From Chiloscyllium plagiosum (taxonomy: Eukaryota), in assembly GCF_004010195.1 (NCBI RefSeq), contig NC_057751.1, forward strand, positions 5,511,223 through 5,575,222: a stretch of DNA of 64,000 nt. Direction: 5' to 3'. The notes below the pieces were generated by a model. It made no database searches, was not told the origin of the DNA, and saw only the letters and a list, made by a program, of their open reading frames with translations. The position numbers were made by a program, and so were the translations under genes. Positions 47,745 through 61,789 of the stretch are shown piece by piece. The first letter of the stretch is position 1; every line of letters begins with the position of its first letter.

Positions 47745-50700
47745 AGTAAAACATGACACGTTTTATTCTCAACAACTTCACTTTAATACAGATGTTTCGA
47801 AATCTTTTTTATAATTTCTTCACGAAAACTAGAGATATACAGCACTATTGAACACTGGAATACAATTAAAATGAGCTGCAGTGGGAAAAAAGTTAATTAT
47901 TTCTCACAGAGGCACATGAACAAGCATGGGGTGTGGGTAAAAGGCAATACATCCAACCCAGTTCAGATGCAGAAACACAAATGATATTCAGTATTTAAAA
48001 TCCAAACGGGGCTTTCTTTGGGTGACTTCTTCAATGCATGATTGCTGTCTATATTGCTTTAAGGAAATCCAGTCTTGAACAGCAGTCATGTTGTCAAGCA
48101 GTAAACATAAATTGAGAAGTAAAATTCCTTCACCCGACAACCCCTGATCAAGCCACAAAAATGAAAATAAGCACAAATCTGATTGAATTCACCACTTCAC
48201 ACTTTAGTGTAACCTTAGTCAGTTCACTCAACCCATATCTTCAGCATGTACTAATTTTATTACTAATTTCTATTTTTAATCCTTGGTACTTAAACATTGT
48301 GTAAGCCATTGGGGAAAATCAACAAAGTCCAATCCCTGTTGTGGAAGCAGAGTGATCCAAATGGTCATCTTGCTCAGCTTGTGCTGAATTCACACATCTG
48401 GGCTTGGGCACTGGGTGAAGAGCCAAGATTGACCTTCAATATCATTGGGCCTCAGGTGGGAGAAGAGAAAAGCCAGGGTTCCTGCTCGTGCTTCCTCATC
48501 TCCAGTGACACCAGCTGCAAAGTCTGGATTCATCTCAGGTTACAGTGGCATTTGAAGGGGATACCAGCAGTGATCGGGCTGCCAATGCTGATCCCAATCA
48601 TACCCTAGCAAGATGCACAGCTTTGGACTGGGAAACGAGCAGTAAACAATAAGTGGAAACACCCGAATGAATATTTTGCACAGAGCACTGAAAATTCATT
48701 TCAATGCAACAAGAAATCTTGAGTGCATGTGCAGTGCCAGTTCACAATGCACTAAAATTGGGGATGGGGTTAAAGATGCCCTGCCACCCATTGCAAGCAT
48801 GGGCTTTTCAAAAGGTGCATCCATGAAGCTAAGAAGCTGTAAACTATTTTGTGAAAGCAGAGCCGGTAAACACTGCAAAAATGACATGTTCCAATATGTG
48901 AAACAAGTTACTCAACTGAGACCACAAAGGAATGTCGTCCATAAACAGTTCAATCTGAAGTGTTGCTTCCAGCATTTTGCTCCTCATCCTGTCATTTTGC
49001 ACTCATCAAAAACACTTGTCCTTTCACTCTTGAAATTATCCGGTGTGAGGACTGCATAAATGTTTAATGCATTCACATTAAATTCACTTGCCTAATTGAT
49101 TTGACGATTTACTTTTCAATCAAAAAATTAAACATCTCAATAAAAATAGCAAAATAATGTCTTGCAAATGGGGTAGCCTCAGGGCTCTCATCAGAGTGAC
49201 AGTGAGGTGATTGATGTCTCGAGGCAGGATACAGTCAGAGACCTGGAGGATTGGGGGAGGATTGTGAAAAAAAAACGCCTATGTCATCCTGCTGAAAAGG
49301 TAGAATAGAGTTGGGCAATGCAAGAAGTTTGGTACGTGGCTTGGAGTGTTGGAAAATCAACCCTGTAAGTGCACCTACTTGGTTTCAACAGGTCATTGCA
49401 GTTGAACCCATCAGCCAAATTAAAAGATCATCAGCCAAATCTTCTTTTCCCCCAGACCAATCTCCTTTTTAAAACATTGTTAACACACGTGAGGCTATTA
49501 AATAATGATATGGAACAAACAAAGCTGCAGCTCATTGCCTTTGGTAAACCTCTGATTTGGTGATGAATAAACCATGTCAAACTGACCTGAGCCTCCTTTT
49601 GTTGAACAGGGTTTCTGTTGCCTGTGCACTGTTCAGACACGTGACAGGATCTACGCTGTCTCACCAAAGCTACCTTATCCCTCCCCTCCACGCCTCATGC
49701 CACAATGATCCTCAATTTCAGTGCTAGAACTCCTCAGAGCATCATTCTCCCACAACCAGTGACCACTGAAGAAGATTCGTCAATCATTCCCAAATTAACA
49801 GGTGGCTTTCTACTTGGGGTATATCTGGAAAGGAGAATAAAAATGCTTAGGCGGTGAACTTGTAGTGGCCCAGATGAATCTGCAGAAGAGAATGCAGTCG
49901 GGAGAACCAAGCTGCCCTTAGGATTTCTATAGCAAGACACAACTATGGGTTGTCGAAACAATTGAGACATGTAAAATAAGTTACTGCAGCCTGGGAGAAA
50001 CCTATACTTAAAAACCAAAGATGCCTGAACCTTAAAATGGAAGTTGGTAAGCGCATTGTAGTTGTAGTTTGCAAAGATGAGACCCCCTGATGGGAGACAA
50101 GCCAAATATTCCTCAAATGTTCCCTTTTCTTTTTGACTTGTTTGGTTGCTCTTAATTTTGACAATCTCCCATGAATCGCGATTTCCAACCCCTCAATGCC
50201 CCCATCACCTCCAACAGCACTGAGCCAGTACTCTCAAATGCCTTCCAAAGTCGGTATTATCTGCACAATGACACTCCAACTCTGTCACTTCTCTCTTTTG
50301 GTTAACAAGTTTTAAAACATAGGTGGGAGTGGGATTCAAATGTGTGTCACCACAAGAGAGTGGAACCTTAATCCACTCAGCTATGCAACCAGAACAAATG
50401 AGCTTGTGTGAAGCTGTGCTGTGAATTATTTTGAAAAATGACCAGTGAAACATTTGGAGCAAGACTGCAGCTTTTGCCTCAGAACTGAGCAAATTTCTAT
50501 CCCATAGCCACGAGTTAAACCAGCTCACTGTTCATACTGGAAAGGTGTGCAGCAAGTTCCAGAATGTGCCTGCATCTCTATTTGTGCCAGACAGCTCTCA
50601 AAACCCATCAAGACAGGCCAGACATTAATGCATAAAGACATGCATAAAACCTTTCACTGAAACAGCCAAAGCCAAGGCCTTTGGATTTAAAGAGCAGAAA

Positions 50701-53700
50701 CATACCATTCAGCTAAAACACTACATTATCTGCACAATCTCTGACCGTTTCTTTTGTGCCAAAGTGGGGAGTGCTTCCAAGTATCTGTGTACATTCAGAA
50801 ACTCCGAAACCAATTCAAAACGTGATGGGGGCAGGGGGAACAAATGGATAGGAGCCAGAAAAGTCGCTGCAAAGTAGAACTGTTTTAGTCCAACACTTGC
50901 TCAAACCACTGCTGTCTTGGACCTTGGAGAAGCACAATGAAGTTCAAACAGCCCAAGTCTTTCAGTTTCAGTTAGGACAAAAGAAAAGGTGGAACAAACT
51001 GCTAAAGCCAAACAGAGACAATAAAATCTTATTCTCAGAATGAAGGGAGAACACAGTGCGCAAAATGATGGCCAGCATCGTAAGTAGTATTGGTATGTCA
51101 GCTAAGTTCCTGCTTCTTGCAGCCCTGCCCTGCTAGATGACAATGGCTTTCAGGCAGCCTGTGGCCACTTTGTGGAAACTTCTCAAAGGAGGCTTGTGGC
51201 AGATTTCCTTTATCAATTCATAACCGGTGACTCCCTTAAAATAAAAAGACAACTTGTGGAAACCACAAATGCTGGGCCTACATGGTAGAGCAGTCAGTTA
51301 TCCACAAATAGCACAGAGGTTCTGACATTTCTAGGGACACACACATCAGAACTGGTCTTCCCTTTGTCATGGTTGGGGCAGAAGTACGTTATTCACGGTC
51401 CATAAGGTGTGTCGGGGCAGAAGTAGGGTATTCATGGGCTGATGATAAATTGCATGGCTTGTGGACCCTGGAATGTAGGAGCTGACAGGGAGGGCGAAAG
51501 GGTATCTCAGAGGGAAACTATTTCCTTCGATGGGATGGTCCAGAACAAGTGGGTATAACCTCAAACCAAATGCAGAGCTCCTTCATTCAAAGGTGATGAC
51601 ATACAATACTTTGACACACAAAGTCTGGAACTCTGCTCAAAAAAGCTGCTGAAGCTGGGGCTGAATTGAAAATTCAAAACTGGGACTGATAGCTTTTCAT
51701 CAAGTGTGAGCTTCCTCAGCATTGTAGTTCAAGTTCAGATACAGATCAGCCAGAATCGAATTAGAGTGCCAAACAGCTGGATGAGCAGAATGGGCAGCTC
51801 CTGTTCCAATGAACTTTGTGCATGCTGGTTGACTGGCTGGATGTTACCAGCAGTTTCTGTTCGTGAAAATCCATTATTCGTACCAGTCTCCTGACTCGTC
51901 TTCTGGAATCATGTTTTATCCTTGTCTTAGCTTTCACATGCAAACACTGTGTGATATATAAGCAAGAAAAATTTCCCAAGAGGCTCCTGACCTCTTGCAA
52001 TAAATCGAAGGCCACGTGATCAAATATCAATACAGGAAAAGCCACGTGAGCAGGTGACAGGAGCAGAGTTCAAGACAAGGTGCCTGCCCCTCAGGTCTCT
52101 CTAATGACCAGTTTTGAAGTGTAGATCCTTGGGGAGGAGAAGGTGGGGGAGAAGCGAGAACCTAATGCATTGACACTGGAGTCTCATCATGAGAAACTTG
52201 CGACAATTCAATGGCAAGACAGTTTTCATGCTCACACAGGGAAGACAGCAAGGTTTAATGGGATCCCAATAAAGATGTCAAGTTCTTGAACTGCCATTTG
52301 GTGCGTGAAATCCTGCCAAATTTAACAGGCCAGCAAAAGTGACCACAGAACAGAGGCACAGTCTTTCTCAGACTGGGTTTGAAGTTCATCAAAGGCAGTA
52401 CATCTCTCTGCAGTCCTCCTCCTCCTCACTCAACACAGTTTCCACATGCACACGGCAACTGAATGGTCAGCTGAGAACACAGCACAAAACGTCACTCTAA
52501 ACCTCACTGCACCCTCTGGATCAGTCAGAACAAAGTGGCAAATCCAAGAGCTTATTTCCCCCAGAAACAACTGCACCGATTTCGGTGAATTCCTGACTTC
52601 ATCCATGACGGGTCAAGCCTGGAGAACGGAAGCTGCGGACAAACTTAGGAGGCTTTTCTTTTGAATGGAAATATCTTCTGGTATCCATTGCGTGGACCAT
52701 GAACAATCTATTGAAATTCCAAAGAACTGTGATTTTTAAAAACTAAGGAGGGAACCTACGACACTCATGTGCCAATACCTTATTTGGTAATTTTTTTTAG
52801 CAGCATTTTAACTATTATTGCCAACATTGCCATTCAACTTCTTCTCTCATCAGTGCCAATGCACTTCCAAACCCAGCTCCTTCAGGCATCACTACCTGAG
52901 AACTAGTACTGGACGGCAAGCTGCTGCCTTGCTTGCAAGGCAGGGTGGTGTGACCACCACAAAGTTTCATGAACACTTACATAATAACACTGACTGTAAA
53001 CTACGTGCATCTTCAAATGTAGTTTTGGGATTGTGATTTGTTTGGAAATTAAAATAATCTTTGTTGATGGACAGCACACTGACTGTTGAAGGGAGTGGTC
53101 ATGTACTTGAGCCAAAAAAATCATTTCTCAACATATACCTCTTCTTGGTAAATTGCAAAATTCTTACTGGGGATGAAAGTTTGGGGTGTAAGTTAATTGT
53201 TTCAAACCTCCTCAACGTATTTTTTACGTTTATTCCAAGAACTTGATATCTCCGGGGGAGTCACTCAAACAAAGGATGTCAGCTAACTTCTGGTGACACT
53301 CAGAGTTGCAATCATTGTGTCAAATCAATGGGCAAACACTGAAGGAATCTATGATTGTATCACTCAGATCTAGTGTTCATTGTGCAATCAAACAGCATTT
53401 ACATAGCACAAAATGTCACTCTATACCTCACTGCACACTTCTGGAGGGCAGCAGTGTCAAGAATAGCAGCAGAATTGTGTTACTGTCAATGTCGAGAAGC
53501 ACACAGTACCCCAATTCATCGTCTGGAAATAAACAAGTCTGCTTTTAAAAGGCACTGTTAAATTACATTTTTTCTCCTTCAATTTATAGTTAGGCAGCTT
53601 AGTAACATTTGGTTGTATGGTAGTGCTTTATATTTACACATTTAATGCAGTGTATAAAAGAAAATCATGTCCGCAAGGAGGCAAATCACTTGAAGGACTG

Positions 53701-54186
53701 AACACTGTGCAATGTGAAACATGAGTCTTGTGCGATTTTGGTCATCCCAGCTTCTAAATTGAGGCTGAAGCTAAGATCAAGCACACAACCTCAATGAAGA
53801 GGTGTGAAAATGCAGAGAGATATCCAAGCGAACTGCAAACGTGAGCCACTTGATGTTCTTCGCGCATTGTCGAGGCCTGGCTGAACCATGCTTGTCTGGA
53901 ATCCATAAAACAGGCACAATGTGGAATCGGCTTCAGGCTTGACAACCTTCAGTGCCTTGATCAGGTTGAAGCTGGTGATCTTTTCTGCCACAATTAGGGT
54001 CTTTCAGAGCAATACAAGATTATTTGCACAATGCCATGGCCTGAGATTTCGACAAATTAGCAGGTTCGATACAGTTCTGTGAAGGTGATTATAAAGAGAG
54101 CATCATGGTCCTTAGCTGGCCAAGTGTTTCTAGTGAGATGCTGCAAATATGAAACCCATGCTTCGGCCAAATCACTCACTCGCACC
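47745..54186 (-). other. AAK1: Probable long AAK1 3' UTR (~6.4 kb)
   Basis: Repeat-poor unique sequence from the stop codon to ATTAAA (47787-47782) and AATAAA (47767-47762), followed by a GT-rich element; dense TE sequence resumes just beyond. Confidence 0.55.
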
Positions 54187-55253
54187 TTAAGGCTTTGGAT
54201 TTCGGGATTTAGAGGGAAAAGGTGCTGCAGCAAAGGGGTCAGCTTGTGAAGTCCTGAGGTGCAGGGAGGCAGGGTTGTCAGCTCCTCGCACTCCCTGCAT
54301 TTTATCAGGAATGGCTGGCTGGTTCTGTGGCTCATCCTCCACCTTGTAGTGACGTGAGTATTTGGCCAGGGCCCGAGGTCGGAAGGGCTGAGGGCTAACA
54401 GCCGCCAGTAACCCTTCTTGACTCAGAAAGGTGCCGGGCAGTGGGTGCATTTGGTGGTTTGCAAAGTCTGTAGAATTCTTTAAGGGCTCCATTGATCGGT
54501 GAGCTGCCGCTACATCCCTGGACTCTTGCTGGCTACTGGCTTTGAAGGTTCCGGCAGGATGTTGGACTCCCCCGGATGATTCGGTGCACGGCTCTTCGAA
54601 ACCAGGGAACTTACTCTGGCTGACCTGAAGGCCACCCTGGGCCGTGCCGCCGAACTGAGTGTGCTCGGGCATTTCTTCACCGGCATTTGCGACTGGCGGG
54701 TAGGGAACTGTCTCCTGCAAAGTTGCCAGAGTTTTCTTTTTCGAGAACGGAGCCCTGGAGAAGACGTCAACCTCCTCAATTGGATTTCGAGCGGGGCTGA
54801 CTTTGGCCTTGAAAGGGGCCTTGGTGAAAACATCGACAGTGCACTCTCCGACCTCAGCACTCCTTGGGCTTCCAAAGGGAGCCGCAGAAAACACATCCGC
54901 CTCGACTGTGCTTCCTTCGCTTGTCTCCTTGGCTGGGGCTTCCGACAGAGTTGTGGCACCTGAACGGACATGCCCACGCTGTCCTTCGACCATGTTCTGA
55001 CCTTTCCCGGTCTCCTCATCCTCTTCCGAATCCATCAGGAGGGGTCTGTGGCCACTGCTGTCCAACAGGTCGCCACCATCTTCGATGCATTCGTCATCGC
55101 TGCTGTGCACAGAGTTGGAGTTGGATAGGTGGGCTTGGCCAGGCCAGTTCATACTTAGGTTGCCACACCCTTTGGATTCACCGAGCTCGGAAGTGGTGCA
55201 CGCAGTCGCCAGGAACTGCTCCGCGGGAAAACTGGTTCCATCAGCTGGGAAAC
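54187..55253 (-). CDS. AAK1: AAK1 long-isoform terminal coding exon (phase 1, 354 codons; BMP2K_C-like tail)
   Basis: tgttgttctcttcccag| acceptor at 55253, frame open to TAA at 54187. Motifs RPLLMDSEEDEE, DVFxxAPF x3, PQPFRPRALAKYSRHY and DPFAAAPFPSK are typical of AAK1/BMP2K C-termini. Same-strand adjacency to NFU1 favours AAK1 over BMP2K. Confidence 0.85.
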
Positions 55254-56751
55254 CTGGGAAGAGAACAACAGCTGGTTATTCCACAATGAAAGCAGGGTGG
55301 CGCTCCCTCAGCGCACCAAGATCAACACTGAACACACAGAGGAATCATTGGTCAGAGGAACATGAATAAATTCCCAATATTTTCCAAAGACAATCTGCTG
55401 CAAGCCTTTATACCACCAGCACGCAGGAGTCAGGGCCCCACAGTGCACTGAAATGTCAGTGACAGTACGTTGTTTTGGGAGTCACATTAAGCACTACTAG
55501 CTCATCGCAGCAGTCAGGTGAAGAGGTTTGATAGGACTCTGCTCATGGTGCTATCAGGCTCAAATGACCGTGAAAGATCTGGGCTGTCACACCAGAGGAA
55601 GGTCATTGCAAACTCGCCAACGTCTGAACCCAGAAGTTAGTTGTGGAAATATAATGCTTCCTATGTTCACAGGCGGACAGAGAGAGCAGTTGGGACGGAC
55701 AGAGCGATGGACCGGCAAGCAGACGGGGCAGGGCAAGCGGGACAGAGTGAGCGAGAGGCTGGATTGTGAACGAAGGCGGCAACACACGATGCTGTTCTCC
55801 ACATACCAAGCTGCACTCTGCCACTTCTGGAAGACTCACTTATGCTCTGCCGCAGCATCAGAGCATGACTCATACCAAATATCAGTTTTCTAAAAGCTTT
55901 GATTCAAGGCTTGTCCCTGTCTTCAGTCACCATCCCTTTCCCTCTGACTGAGCACTAACTAACAAACACTGTGAGCCAAATCCCAGCATGTTAAAAGCTG
56001 CTGGAAGAGGACCTCACACCCCAACACACACTGCACTTGCACCTTCAAACACATTCCAGCCCCTGACTCCTCCTTGCTGTATTAAGGACACAGTGGTCTG
56101 TGAAAGGGAGAAACACATAGATTGCTTTTGGTGCCATGGATCACTCTGATGTCACAATACCTCAGTGACAGGAACCAAGAAGCACTGCATCTGTGGAAGC
56201 AGAATGGGAATTTCAGTCGGCACATGAATAACAAACACATGCAATCACAAGGAAAAGGTACCTAGCAACATGACTCAGTTGGAGATAATCTGTAAAACTG
56301 TGAAGGTACAGAACTGATGAGACACGATTATTTCAAGAATTCTCAAGCTGATTAAAAAGTGCTTTGTGGGCATTCTGCAATCAGAAATGCTTTGGCATGT
56401 ACTCTAAGATAATTGACTGAGCGGGAGAATTCCAGAAGGAATTCTGGAGCGTACAAAAGTTGAGAGAAGCTTGAACTGAGATCCCAGTTCCACTGAACAA
56501 TGGAGAAAGTTCAAGCAGGAACCTTGGGCCCAATGAAACACCAGAGAGACCTGGTTCATGTATGTTAACTGCCAAAGCTCACTCAGATCACAACAGAGTT
56601 TCCTGTATTTTAGTGCTAGAAGGCCACAAGACGTGGGCTTAGCTAGATTCCAGCTTCTGAATCATCCCATCTAATTAGTAATTGTAACCTTCCAATTCTT
56701 GATGCATGCTTCTGCGTTGACTCTCACCACCGCTATCTCCAACTATTGCAC

Positions 56752-59375
56752 AATAGAACATAGAACATTACAGCGCAGTACAGGCCCTTCGGCCCTCGAT
56801 GTTGTGCCGCCCTGTCATACTAATCTGAAGCCCATCCCACCTACACTATTCCATGTACATCCATATGCCTGTCCAATGACGACTTAAATGAACTTAAACT
56901 TAGCGAATCTACTACCATTGCAGGCAATACATTCCATATCCTTACTACTCTCTGAGTAAAGAAACTACCTCTGATATCTGTATCTCCCCTCACTTTGAAG
57001 CTGAGTCCCCTTGTGTTTGCCTTCCCCATGCTTGGAAAAAGGCTCTCCCTGTCCATCCTATCTAACCCTCTGATTATCTTGTATGTCTCTTTTAAGTCAC
57101 CTCTCAACCTTCTTCTCTGTAGCAAGAACAACCTCAAGTCCCTCAGCCTTTCCTCATAAGGCATTCCCTCCATACCAGGCAACATCCTAGTAAATCTCCT
57201 CTGCACCCTCTCCAAAGCTTCCACATCCTTCTTATAATGCGGTGACCAGAACTGTACACAATACTCCAAGTGTGGCCATACCAGAGCTTTGTACAGCTGC
57301 AGCATAACCTCCTGGTTCCGGAACTCAATCCCTCTATTAATAAAGGCCAAAACACTTGTGTGCCTTCTTAACAACCCTGTCAATCTGGGTGGCAACTTTC
57401 AGGAATCTGTGTACATGGACACCGAGATCTCTCTGCTCATCCGCACTCCCTAGAATCCTACCATTAGTCCAGTACTCCGCATTCCGATTACTCCGTCCAA
57501 AGTGTATCACCTCACACTTGTCCACATTAAATTCCATTTGCCACCTCTCAGCCCAGCTCTGCAGCCTTCATCCACTATCCACAACTCCACCCACCTTCGT
57601 GTCGTCCGCAAATTTGCTAACCCACCCTTCTATGCCCTCATCCAGGTCATTTATAAAAACGACGAACAGCAGTGGACCTAATACTGACCCTTGTGGTACG
57701 CCGCTAGTAACTGGACACCAAGATGAACATGTTCCATCAACTACAACCCTCTGTTTTCTTTCAGTCAGCCAATTACTGATCCAAACTGCTATGTCTCCCA
57801 CAATCCCATTCCTCCACATTTTGTCTAATAGCCTACTGTGGGGAACCTTATCGAACGCCTTGCTGAAATCCATAGACACCACATCAACCGGTTTACTCTC
57901 ATCTACCTGTTTGGTCACTTTGTCAAAAAACTCAATAAGATTCGTTAGGCACGACCTACCCTTCACAAAACCATGCTGACTGTCCCTGATCAGATTATTC
58001 TTTTCTAGATGGTTATAAATCCTATCTCTTATAACCTTTTCCAACACTTTACTAACAACTGAAGTGAGACTCACTGGTCTGTAATTACCAGCGTTGTCTC
58101 TACTACAGTTTTTGAATAGGGGAACCACATTTGCTATCCTCCAGGCCTCAGGCACTGTTCCTGCTGACAATGATGATTTGAAGATCAATGCCAAAGGCTC
58201 GGCAATCTCTTCCCTTGCTTCTCAGAGGATCTGAGGATAGATCCCATCTGGCCCAGGGGACTTGTCTATCTTCACATTCTGTAATACCTCAATTTCTTCT
58301 AGTCTAGATGAAAGTTTCTCTGTATCTTCCTCGCCAACATTGTCATTTTCTATGTTGAACACTGTTGAAAAATATTTATTTAGTGTTTCCCCATCTCCTC
58401 TGCCTCCGCCCACAACTTCCCACTACTATCCTTGATTGGCCCTAATTTAACTCTCGTCATTCTTTTATTCCTGACATACCCATGGAAAGCCTTAGGATTA
58501 ACCCTGATCCTATCCGCCAACAACTTCTCATGTCTCCTTCTAGCTCTTTTCTGAGCTCTCTTTTTAGGTCTTTCCTGGCTTCCTTGTAACCCTATAGCGC
58601 ACTATCTGAGTTTTCACATTTTGCCCTATCATAAGCCTTCTTCTTTTTCTTGACCATAGATTCCACTTTCTTAGTAAACCACAGCTCACCCGTTCTATAA
58701 CGTCCGCCCTGTCTAACAGGTACATACTTATCTAGGACACCCTGGAGCTTTTCTTTGAATAAGTTCCACATTTTTAATGTGCTCATCCCCTGCAGTTTCC
58801 TCCCCCAATCTACGCTTCCTAAATCTTTCCTAATTGCATCATAGTTTCCCTTCCCCCAGCTGTAACCCCTGCTCGGTGGAGTACACCTCTGCCTTTCCAT
58901 CACTAACGTAAACTTGACAGGATTGTGATCTCTGTCTCCAAAGTGCTCACCTACTTCCACATCTAACACCTGGCCAGGCTCGTTACCCAGTACTAAATCT
59001 AAAGTGGCTTCACCCCTTGTTGGCCTGTCTACATACTGTGTCAGGAAGCCCTCCTGCACACACTGGACAAAAACTGACCCATCTATAGTACTCGTACTGT
59101 AGTGTTCCCAGTCAATATTTGGATCGTAGGAGTCCCCCATGACAACTACCCTGTCTCTCTCACTCCTATCGAGAATCATCTTTGCAATCCTTTCCTCTAC
59201 ATCTCTGGGACTATTCGGAGGCCTATAGAAAACTCCCAACATGGTGACTTCTCCTTACCTGTTTCTAACCTCAGCCCATACAACCTCAGTCCTTTCTACA
59301 ACTGTAATATTGTCCCTGATCAATAATGCCACACCTCCCCCTCTTTTACCATCTTGTCTGTTCTTACTGATAATA
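56752..59375 (-). mobile_element. CR1 LINE, endonuclease C-terminus through RT and 3' end, frameshifted
   Basis: [82 protein letters not shown]. Confidence 0.95.
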
Positions 59376-59467
59376 GAACTTGCAATTTATTAAACATACA
59401 GTAATTCAGCTGTACAGCACAGAAACAGATCTTTCGGTCCAACTCATCCATGCTGACCAGATACCGT

Positions 59468-59722
59468 GGGCGGCACAGTGTCTCAGTGGTTAGCACTGTT
59501 ACCTCACTGCGCCAGGGACCTGGGTTCGATACCTGCCTCAGGTGACTGTCTGTGTGAGTTTGCACATTCTTCCAGTGTCTGTGTGGGTTTCCTCGGGGTG
59601 GTCTCGATTCCTCCCACAATCCAAAGATGTGCAGGTCAGGTGAATTAGCCATGCTAAATTGCCCATAGTGTTAGGTGCATTGGTCAAGGGTAAATATAGG
59701 GTAGGGGAATGGGTTTGGGTGT
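59468..59722 (+). mobile_element. HE1-type SINE, 3'-truncated, abutting an LTR-like fragment (59780-60008)
   Basis: A/B boxes and V-domain present. Confidence 0.85.
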
Positions 59723-61789
59723 GATCAGCATGTAACTGATTCTCTGGCTCCCCAGCTAAAACTTGACCAGCAGCTTCAAACAGATTGCTCGCTAAAACCA
59801 AACCAAGCCAGAAAATACCCTGAACTGGGAGAACTGGCCACCCCTTTCATTATACAAATGATTTTCAAAAATCCATTTATCTGAGGCAGTATCTGTTAGC
59901 CATAATCAAAGGGCAAACCTCAGTCAAATCAGAACCTCTGGCATTGACAAATGTTTTGAAAAAAAAACAAAGGACAATATAACCTTTTTAAAGGAGCAGC
60001 ATCATCACAAGTGGCTATGCAAACATCGGAGGTATTAGCAAAGCTGCAGGCCACGCGTCACTAATGGATAAGATACGATTCTGGAGAAAGCGCTTCCAGG
60101 AGGCAAATCTGCCTAGTTCTGAAGACAACCAAGGTTTGAAATCCAAAACGCACAACAAGCACACACACTGAGCTTCTTACACTTGGTGTTTTCATTCCAT
60201 CCATCTAATACAAACAAGGAAAATACACAGAGGAGAAAAGGGCCATTTTCTTGGCCACTGGATCACAGCTGAGCTTAGAAGCTGCAGTGTCCTCTCATAC
60301 AGGGAGCCAATTGGAAGACAGCACAAAGAGGGGTTGACCTAGGCCTAAGTTGTTGGATGAACGATGTAACAGACTGCTTGCTTAGATAAGTCAACTGGAT
60401 ATTTGAGGGTGGCACCATACAGATAAGAACGAAATGTCACCACAGATCTCCCAGGAGTTGCTCCAAGCTACAACAATACAAGCATCTGCTGGAAACAATG
60501 GCAGACTGAAGACAGCAATACATATAGATTGCAGAATTATTATCTTAAACCAGATTTTTTGAAAAAAAATTGTCTCATCAGTCCTGCGCTTCTTAGCTTC
60601 AGATGTATTTTACCACTAAGCCCAATATTTACAGTGGGTCAACAAAAAATGTTTCCACTTTGGGGCACACAAAATTCACTTTGCATTTTAATTCTGCAAA
60701 TGCAAGCAACTCGATGGAAGCACACAAATGGAATTGGTTTCAACAGCATCACACAGACTGACAGCCAGTTCACAAGACGTGCAGAGTCATACTCAACATG
60801 CAACAGAAAAACAAAAGCAGTTTCCGGATACTGTACACTATGTCCATCACTGTAAAACTCCATCCTGCTCATGAATAATACAGTCTGCAACATGCAGACA
60901 GAATTTCAAATTCGAAAACTAATACTGACATTGTGCATCTCAGTGTAAAACCCTTCATCTTTTTGGATTGCGGATTTAATCCACACACTGACTTGTCAAA
61001 AATAAATCTCACCAAATGCTGATGCATTGCATCAAACTGCTGCAGAAATAAACAGATTAGGGCTAAAAGCTCATTGCGGATGTCACAAAAATAAGTTTGA
61101 ACAGGATTCTGAACTATCAGGTTATCCAACTGCAACTGGAATTAATTTTTGACATTCAGAAGGTTTCAGAAATGCACTTAAAAAGGTTCTTACCTGGGCA
61201 CACTGACCATTAGGCTTTGAAAGGCCATGTCTGCCAACTTCCGGGTGCATTTACACAAAAGCTCAGGTAGAGTTTAGTACAGTTTAGAAACTGATCAATA
61301 CATCTTTCATTTTATTTCTCTTGTCCTCACCTTTTGATGGTTTTTCACCTCGATGCATTTTCATTTTTGCAATCTGGATTCTATACCAACGTACCGCATG
61401 GGTTTTCAATAGCAAGATTTAAAAGTAATGTTCTTCATTATCTTTTAAAATACAAGTGCATTAATTTCCAACTTATCACTCGAATTTGGGCTGGGGCTTT
61501 GTAGTTGTGCACTCATTTTCAGCTTCCCTCCTCTGCTCAGATTTCCCATTGCCTCAGTCCATCAGCATCAACAAACCATTAATAACACTGGTCGGATTTG
61601 ACAAAACTGCTTGACAACACCACATTGCTTAAACCCACCTCAAGGAGAGTACCAGTAATGCTACCCATGCAACATGACCAACTACCAATGCCAACATGGA
61701 ACAAAGTTGCACTTCATTGGAAACACTGAATTGTGGACCCACCATCATGAGAAACCAGATGGATACCCAACTAAGGTTTTCTGTATTTA

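Noticed and set aside
54510..55289. Overlapping alternative-frame and antisense ORFs of 100-170 aa
   Set aside because: Expected shadows of a GC-rich coding exon; no motifs or splice support.
55807..55889. Candidate AAK1 cassette exon (ttttag|...CTTG|gtatgt) ending in phase 1
   Set aside because: 83 nt is not frame-preserving, the pyrimidine tract is weak and the peptide is unrecognisable.
61190..61235. Strong donor-like CCAG|GTAAGA on the minus strand
   Set aside because: No convincing upstream acceptor or AAK1-like peptide; likely a chance site in intron or UTR.
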